A stretch of 11,238 bases of DNA from a virus (taxonomy: Duplodnaviria; Heunggongvirae; Uroviricota; Caudoviricetes). The translations under genes and the position numbers were made by a program. The stretch lies in IMG/VR virus record IMGVR_UViG_2802429224_000011; one strand, 5' to 3'. Under the pieces are notes generated by a model. That model did not search any database. It was not told where the DNA came from and saw only the letters and a program-made list of their open reading frames with translations. This document shows positions 6,666 to 11,238 of the stretch, piece by piece; position 1 is the stretch's first letter; each line of letters opens with the position of its first letter.

Positions 6666-8318
6666 TCACCCCCAGAATGCATCACCATCAGTCATGCGGG
6701 AACGCTGACCAAAATTAATATCTCCCAGATTTTTCGTTACCCTGTCTGCCAGTTGTCCGGCATCCTCGCCGGGCTTCTGAGTGATGTTAAATTCCGCCCG
6801 TATCTGATACGTGGGTTTTACTTCCACCTGGCTGACACTGCCGGGGGTATACTGAAGAGCCGAGAGAGGATCCGAATTACCCTGCCCCTGAACTGCTGCA
6901 GGTAGTCCGTCAATATAGGTGCGGGATTTCTCTTTTATCGCCTTAAAATCAGGTTCTTCTTTCGGCCCCAGCAGAGGGTCGAGAAATGCATCAAACTTTT
7001 TATCGTCATGATTCCAGGGGAGATAACCGCGGGTGTCTTTATAGGCCTGTACAACCTGTTTTGTCAGGTCAGGATTTTGCCTGAGCAGTTCATCAAACCA
7101 TTCACCCTGACCGTTTTTCTGCGCCACTGCTCTCGCCAGCTCCGGCGACCCCATTTTTGCCAGATACTCCAGCACTTCCCGTCGGTCCTCTCGCGGATCA
7201 TCCGCCAGCCCCCACTCAATGGCTTTTTGTGTAATTCCGGCAAGAACTTTTCCAAATTTCCACATCCAGGCAGCCATGTCGATCAGCGCCGGCAGGGCAT
7301 CATCACGAATAAATGCCCGGATTTTTTCCAGCCCACCATTCTTAAACCAGGCCGCAAGGTCATCCGTCACCTGTTGAATATGTGGGGCAAGTTCATTACC
7401 CAGCTGTCCGCTGATTTCATCAATGGAAGAACTCAGAACATTACGGAGATTTGACAGTGCCACATGTCCCTGAACTGCGCCATCAGCCCCTGCCTTTGTC
7501 ACCAGGTTATAGCGTTTCTGCTCACTGATAAGCTCCCGATAAGTTTTCCCTGACAGACGCATCCAGGTCAGAATTTTATTGGCCTCACCACCGAACAACG
7601 CATCTGCCATCCCCGCCGCCTGCTGCTCATTCTCAACCTGCAGTAAGCGATCAAACAAAAATTCGACCTGCTCCTGGTTGTTTTTTCCGGCCATTACGCC
7701 CGCTTTCAGCCCCAGTTTACCGAATACCTCCTGAATGGCTCCTTTGTCCGTGGCACCATTATCATCGTCAAAAACCTTGTTCCGGTATTCCTCAAACAGA
7801 TCACCGATGTTTTCACCGTTTAACCCCATCTGACGGCCCAGTGAATCCCACGCCGCATAGGTTTCATAGTCCACCCCGTAGCTCCGCGCTATCCCTGCAC
7901 GCTCTGCTGTTTCCGAATTCCGGTTCAGTACCGCACTTGCACCTGCTGCCAGCGTAAGCCCGGAACCAACCGAAAGCCCCAGCCCGGTCTTAAGAACGGT
8001 CCCGGCCCACCCTTTCCAGCGAGCCAGACGTTCCGCGCGCGCCAGCTTACGGTTGAATTTGTCCTGCTCTCCGGTGGCATCATGAATTTTTTTACCCAGC
8101 TTTTCATACTGCTTTCGCAGATCAGTAATATTCTGTCCAGCCAGAACGCCAGCCTGAATTTTTCGTTTCAGTACGTCCTGCTGGCGTGTCAGACGAGCCA
8201 CTTCCTGTGTTGCCCCTGATAATCCGTGCTTCAACCCATCAACCGATTTTTTCCACGACGGATCTATCGTGCCTCCGATCCGGATATTCGCTTTAAGGTT
8301 ATCGCCCACCGTTGCCAT
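6666..8318 (-). CDS. Tail tape measure protein (gpT-like), short variant
   Basis: 550-aa protein in the position between E/E' and U. Internal Gly-rich hydrophobic segment (GWAGTVLKTGLGLSVGSGLTLAAGASAVL) typical of tape measure proteins. RBS GAGGAA 8 nt upstream of ATG. Confidence 0.82.
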   Translation of the reverse strand: MATVGDNLKANIRIGGTIDPSWKKSVDGLKHGLSGATQEVARLTRQQDVLKRKIQAGVLAGQNITDLRKQYEKLGKKIHDATGEQDKFNRKLARAERLARWKGWAGTVLKTGLGLSVGSGLTLAAGASAVLNRNSETAERAGIARSYGVDYETYAAWDSLGRQMGLNGENIGDLFEEYRNKVFDDDNGATDKGAIQEVFGKLGLKAGVMAGKNNQEQVEFLFDRLLQVENEQQAAGMADALFGGEANKILTWMRLSGKTYRELISEQKRYNLVTKAGADGAVQGHVALSNLRNVLSSSIDEISGQLGNELAPHIQQVTDDLAAWFKNGGLEKIRAFIRDDALPALIDMAAWMWKFGKVLAGITQKAIEWGLADDPREDRREVLEYLAKMGSPELARAVAQKNGQGEWFDELLRQNPDLTKQVVQAYKDTRGYLPWNHDDKKFDAFLDPLLGPKEEPDFKAIKEKSRTYIDGLPAAVQGQGNSDPLSALQYTPGSVSQVEVKPTYQIRAEFNITQKPGEDAGQLADRVTKNLGDINFGQRSRMTDGDAFWG

Positions 8319-8738
8319 AACATCGCTTCCTCTCTTCCGACTCCGCCAGCATCATTGCCACAAAATCCGTATACGGCAGCGCCATCACATCTCCGGGAGA
8401 CCACCCGAACCAGGCACCGGCACGCCGTATCGCTGTCAGGATGCTTTCTTCTTCCGCCGGACCGGCGGCAGCAAAAAAACATTAAACTGACGCTCCAGGG
8501 CCAGGTAATCACACGCTTCCATGTTCATCATGTCTGCCGCGTCCATCCCACACAGACCGGCAATCATATCCAGATCAGCCTCTGCTTCCGGTTTGTTACT
8601 CCGGCGATGCAACAGACGATCGCGGACAGTGGGCGCACGCATAGTGACGTGCGTGATCGTCTGTCCTGATGCGGTGACATACGGCACGGATAACACAATT
8701 TCCACGCTGCTGGCAGGAACACTGTTTTTTTCCGACAT
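8299..8738 (-). CDS. Predicted E+E' fusion product made by programmed -1 frameshift
   Basis: A -1 slip at TTTTTTG (minus strand, 8472-8478) opens a frame reading AAAGPAEEESILTAIRRAGAWFGWSPGDVMALPYTDFVAMMLAESEERKRCYGNGGR and stopping at TAA 8299-8301, just inside the T start. This mirrors the known P2 E/E' arrangement. Coordinates derived by hand translation. Confidence 0.6.
8436..8738 (-). CDS. P2 gpE-like tail assembly chaperone
   Basis: Motifs ...TASGQTITHVTMRAPTVRD...LDMIAGLCGMDAADMMNMEACDYLALERQ consistent with the gpE family. Start called at the second ATG (8736-8738, MSEKNSV...) because AGGAG lies 6 nt upstream of it. The ORF track's 8744 start is the alternative. Contains the TTTTTTG slippery site near its 3' end. 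Confidence 0.85.
   Translation of the reverse strand: MSEKNSVPASSVEIVLSVPYVTASGQTITHVTMRAPTVRDRLLHRRSNKPEAEADLDMIAGLCGMDAADMMNMEACDYLALERQFNVFLLPPVRRKKKAS
8472..8478 (-). other. Slippery heptamer TTTTTTG (programmed -1 ribosomal frameshift site)
   Basis: mRNA reads AAT GTT TTT TTG CTG CCG in the E frame. T-TTT-TTG is the heptamer used for the E/E' frameshift in P2-like phages. Confidence 0.6.
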
Positions 8739-8761
8739 AAGCATCTCCTTTAAAAAGAAAA

Positions 8762-8777
8762 GGCGGCCTGAGCCGCC
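8762..8777 (-). terminator. Intrinsic terminator/attenuator-like hairpin between tube and E
   Basis: On the minus strand: GGCGGC-TCAG-GCCGCC followed by UUUUCUUUUUAAA, located between the tube stop (8798-8800) and the E RBS. Confidence 0.5.
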
Positions 8778-8797
8778 TGAATGACAGGATCCCCGGA

Positions 8798-9316
8798 TTA
8801 AACCCGGATGATTTTTTTCAGATCCGCCAGAACATTAACGCCGTTAATACGACGCACAAATTCCTCCGGAATAATGCAGATGGTTTCCACACCGTCAACA
8901 GCCTGACGGTAATAACTCAGTGACATTTCCACCGTCACCGAAGCCTCTGCCTGTGACGTTGCGGGACGCGCATCCGGCGTGATACTGGTGATCATCCCCT
9001 GCAGAGTTTCCACCTGCCCGCTGGTCGCATTCCCCACCTGGTAAGCCTGGCGGACAACAATCTCCGGCGAATAAAGCCCGGCCTGTAATCCCAGCAGCGT
9101 AAGCATGGCAACATCATAACCATAAATCTTAAACGAACAGGTCAGCGCTTCCATGCCGTCATCCACTGCCACCGGTGCATCCATTGCGCCAGTTTTGATA
9201 TCCACTGTCGTGATATTAATGGCAGGTGGCGTGTATTCATGTGCCCCCTGAAGGCGGATCCCGCCAGGAAGAAATAACGCCCATGCGCGCAACAGTTTTT
9301 TTTCACCCGTAATCAT
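8798..9316 (-). CDS. P2 gpFII-like tail tube protein
   Basis: 172 aa, the same length as P2 FII as I recall it. C-terminal ...NGVNVLADLKKIIRV resembles the FII-family ending (NGVD.LAQHRRNIGL). Start overlaps the sheath stop by ATGA. Position directly after the sheath. Confidence 0.85.
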   Translation of the reverse strand: MITGEKKLLRAWALFLPGGIRLQGAHEYTPPAINITTVDIKTGAMDAPVAVDDGMEALTCSFKIYGYDVAMLTLLGLQAGLYSPEIVVRQAYQVGNATSGQVETLQGMITSITPDARPATSQAEASVTVEMSLSYYRQAVDGVETICIIPEEFVRRINGVNVLADLKKIIRV

Positions 9317-10788
9317 ACCGTCAGTTCCTCCAGCGCCAGTTTATTGTTAATCATTGCCCGCAGTGTCAGGCGCTCCAGTGGTGACTTCGGCCCAAAGTCA
9401 TAATCGATATACAACTGCCCTGCCGCCAGGGTTTCTGCAGTGTTCAGTTCATCGTTCAGCCATGCACTGCCACCGTGGATCGCGCCCAGATTTTTAAGCT
9501 GACGCATATAGGCATTAATGCTGCCAAGAATGTCGTCTGCCACATCCCGATCAAGCGGGCGATCGACATAAGGCAGCATGGCCTCCTGGATGCTGTCCTC
9601 AATCACATCTGCAGTGCGGCGTACCGGCTCAAAACGCCACTGACTGTGGGATGTGCACAGACGGTTACCCCAGTGTTTAAAACCGTCATGGCGAATAATG
9701 GTGGAGATATTTTCCATGTTCAGCAGGTTTGCCGTGCAGTTCTGCTCCCCGAGAATAAACGTATCCACCTGCTCCAGACCGGTGATATTCATCACGTCCT
9801 GGTTTGATTTGGACCACCACCACCCTTTTTCGTAATCAATACGGGCACGCAGCCCGGCAGCACGAGCCGAATATGGACGAAATATAGTTTGCCCGCTGTC
9901 ATCCGTCACTGACACGCGCGGACGCAGCAGCTCCACACGCCCACCAAATGACGCGCGCCGCTGAACCACATCCTGCGGCGTTGCCATTGAAGGCGAGTCA
10001 ATATAGGCCACAGCCCGCAGCTTCACGGCATACGTTTCCAGCGCCTTTGCCACGCCATCATCCTCACTGTACCCCGTGGCAATGAGGATGCGCGGTTGAT
10101 AGCCTGTCACGCCCTTACTTTCTGTCAGCGCCTCCATGGCCTGAATCACCGCCGCACGCTGTTCGGCCTCTTTCGTCTTTGTTTTACTTTCTGCGCGCAC
10201 CACAATCACCAGCGCACCAGTCTGGTCAAAAATATCTCGCAGGGCCGGGTATAATGTTCCGGCTGTGCCCAGTTTCCCTGCCTGAGTAATGGCCCCTGCC
10301 ACCACCACTGGTGTATTGACCGGGAACGCCTCATCTTCTCCGCCGGATAACGTCAGGCTGAACGGCAACACCACTTTATTTTCAGCGTCTCCTGCATTCA
10401 GGGTGCTGACAGCCGCCGTCACAGGCGAATCCCCCAGCGCATTCACCACTTCAGTCACACGGTCCGCCGTGGCGTTAACCTGGCTGTGTTCGTCCGTCCC
10501 CAGTGTTATCGTCAGGGTCGTACCTTTCAGCGAGGCCACTGTCTGCGCGTTTTGTTCTGTGGCAGCCACAGCAACAACCGAAATCTTATTACCGGCCCGA
10601 CCTTCCTGTTTCGCCGTGAAATCCAGCGCCGTTCCCAGCAGCCAGGAGCCGGCTGTGCCGGAAGCGCACACACCACCAGAGGCGTCCGGCGCTGTCCCCA
10701 CCAGGCCAATCACTGCCGTGGAGATGGTCTGCACGGCAACCGTGCCTGTCGTCAGTTCAATGGTTTCAACACCATGTAATCCGGGCAT
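9313..10788 (-). CDS. P2 gpFI-like contractile tail sheath protein, with an extra internal segment
   Basis: N-terminus MPGLHGVETIELTTGTVAVQTISTAVIGLVGTAPDASGG and C-terminus ...ETLAAGQLYIDYDFGPKSPLERLTLRAMINNKL closely mirror P2 FI termini ([34 protein letters not shown]; ...ETLKAGKLYIDYDYTP...LENLTLRQRI). Also ...ILIATGY... and WGNRLCTS motifs. RBS GGGAG upstream. Confidence 0.9.
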   Translation of the reverse strand: MPGLHGVETIELTTGTVAVQTISTAVIGLVGTAPDASGGVCASGTAGSWLLGTALDFTAKQEGRAGNKISVVAVAATEQNAQTVASLKGTTLTITLGTDEHSQVNATADRVTEVVNALGDSPVTAAVSTLNAGDAENKVVLPFSLTLSGGEDEAFPVNTPVVVAGAITQAGKLGTAGTLYPALRDIFDQTGALVIVVRAESKTKTKEAEQRAAVIQAMEALTESKGVTGYQPRILIATGYSEDDGVAKALETYAVKLRAVAYIDSPSMATPQDVVQRRASFGGRVELLRPRVSVTDDSGQTIFRPYSARAAGLRARIDYEKGWWWSKSNQDVMNITGLEQVDTFILGEQNCTANLLNMENISTIIRHDGFKHWGNRLCTSHSQWRFEPVRRTADVIEDSIQEAMLPYVDRPLDRDVADDILGSINAYMRQLKNLGAIHGGSAWLNDELNTAETLAAGQLYIDYDFGPKSPLERLTLRAMINNKLALEELTV

Positions 10789-10801
10789 ACATTTCTCCCA
10801 T

Positions 10802-10823
10802 AAAAAAACCGCCCTCAGGCGGT
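10802..10823 (-). terminator. Intrinsic terminator between the G-like gene and the sheath gene
   Basis: Minus-strand mRNA: ACCGCC-UGAG-GGCGGU followed by UUUUUUU, then GGGAGAAAUGU-AUG (sheath RBS and start). Confidence 0.55.
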
Positions 10824-10842
10824 CAGATGATTAACTTCTTTT

Positions 10843-11238
10843 TCAGGTATTTTGTGGCTGCTCAGGCCAGCTAATATTGTTGTAAGTGGTCTTATCCGTA
10901 ATAGCGCTGAAATCCATCGCCTGCAGCGATTTCGCGTAAATGCGGTACGCTTTGAGCTTTTCCCTGTCTTCGTCGCTGATTAAACCCAGCAGCAGGTCTT
11001 TTTCCCATTCGCTGGTCATGATACTGACCTGTTTTAACAGTGCGTCACGCTCATCTTCCGCTTTAAGTTTGTAGTCGAAAACAAATTCATCATTGCGGTA
11101 GAACCAGTATCCCGACGCCTCAATGCGACGATTAGCGGTAATATCCGGCAACTCAATCACACTTTTATTTTCCGGGCAGATTGAGGTGATGTCTTTTCCA
11201 ACCCAGACCACTTCGCCAGTTTCAACATAAATAACTTT
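10843..11238 (-). CDS. P2 gpG-like tail fibre assembly protein, 5' end lies beyond the window
   Basis: Reading frame stays open to the window edge (..KVIYVETGEVVWVGKDI..). VIELPDITANRRIEASGYWFYRNDEFV resembles P2 G ([27 protein letters not shown]). C-terminal KAYRIY...D.S......ISWPEQP matches the Tfa-family ending (KYRV.L.RVD.S.....WP..P). Confidence 0.8.
   Translation of the reverse strand, partial: KVIYVETGEVVWVGKDITSICPENKSVIELPDITANRRIEASGYWFYRNDEFVFDYKLKAEDERDALLKQVSIMTSEWEKDLLLGLISDEDREKLKAYRIYAKSLQAMDFSAITDKTTYNNISWPEQPQNT

Noticed and set aside
8264-8512. Minus-strand 82-aa ORF that might be taken for the E' extension
   Set aside because: It is in the wrong frame for a -1 slip from E (codon low coordinates are 2 mod 3, whereas -1 from E gives 1 mod 3). 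The hand-translated -1 frame is the E' candidate instead.
8226-8784. Plus-strand ORFs across the E-T junction (8226..8669, 8269..8490, 8521..8784)
   Set aside because: Antisense to the E/E'/T coding region, with no RBS and low-complexity or basic translations. Treated as shadow ORFs.

Overview
The window is dominated by a tightly packed minus-strand P2-type contractile-tail operon. It runs from a partial G-like tail fibre assembly gene at the right edge through sheath (FI), tube (FII), chaperone E with an E' frameshift extension, a short tape measure (T), U, X and D. Without a break it continues into a 1048-aa lambdoid Stf-type side tail fibre and a second chaperone-like gene. At about 1.1 kb the composition drops sharply to AT-rich DNA carrying two plus-strand genes (a SlyB-like glycine-zipper lipoprotein and a secreted coiled-coil protein), separated from the tail operon by a perfect 9-bp-stem hairpin. 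No integrase, invertase, reverse transcriptase, CRISPR array, tRNA or rRNA is visible. The most notable observations are the mosaic P2-tail/lambdoid-fibre architecture with two fibre-chaperone sets, and a tail fibre gene built from two tandem distal cassettes bounded by ~195-bp near-identical direct repeats 1182 bp apart, carrying three paralogous tip modules. All homology calls are from reading the translations against remembered family motifs; no database search was run.
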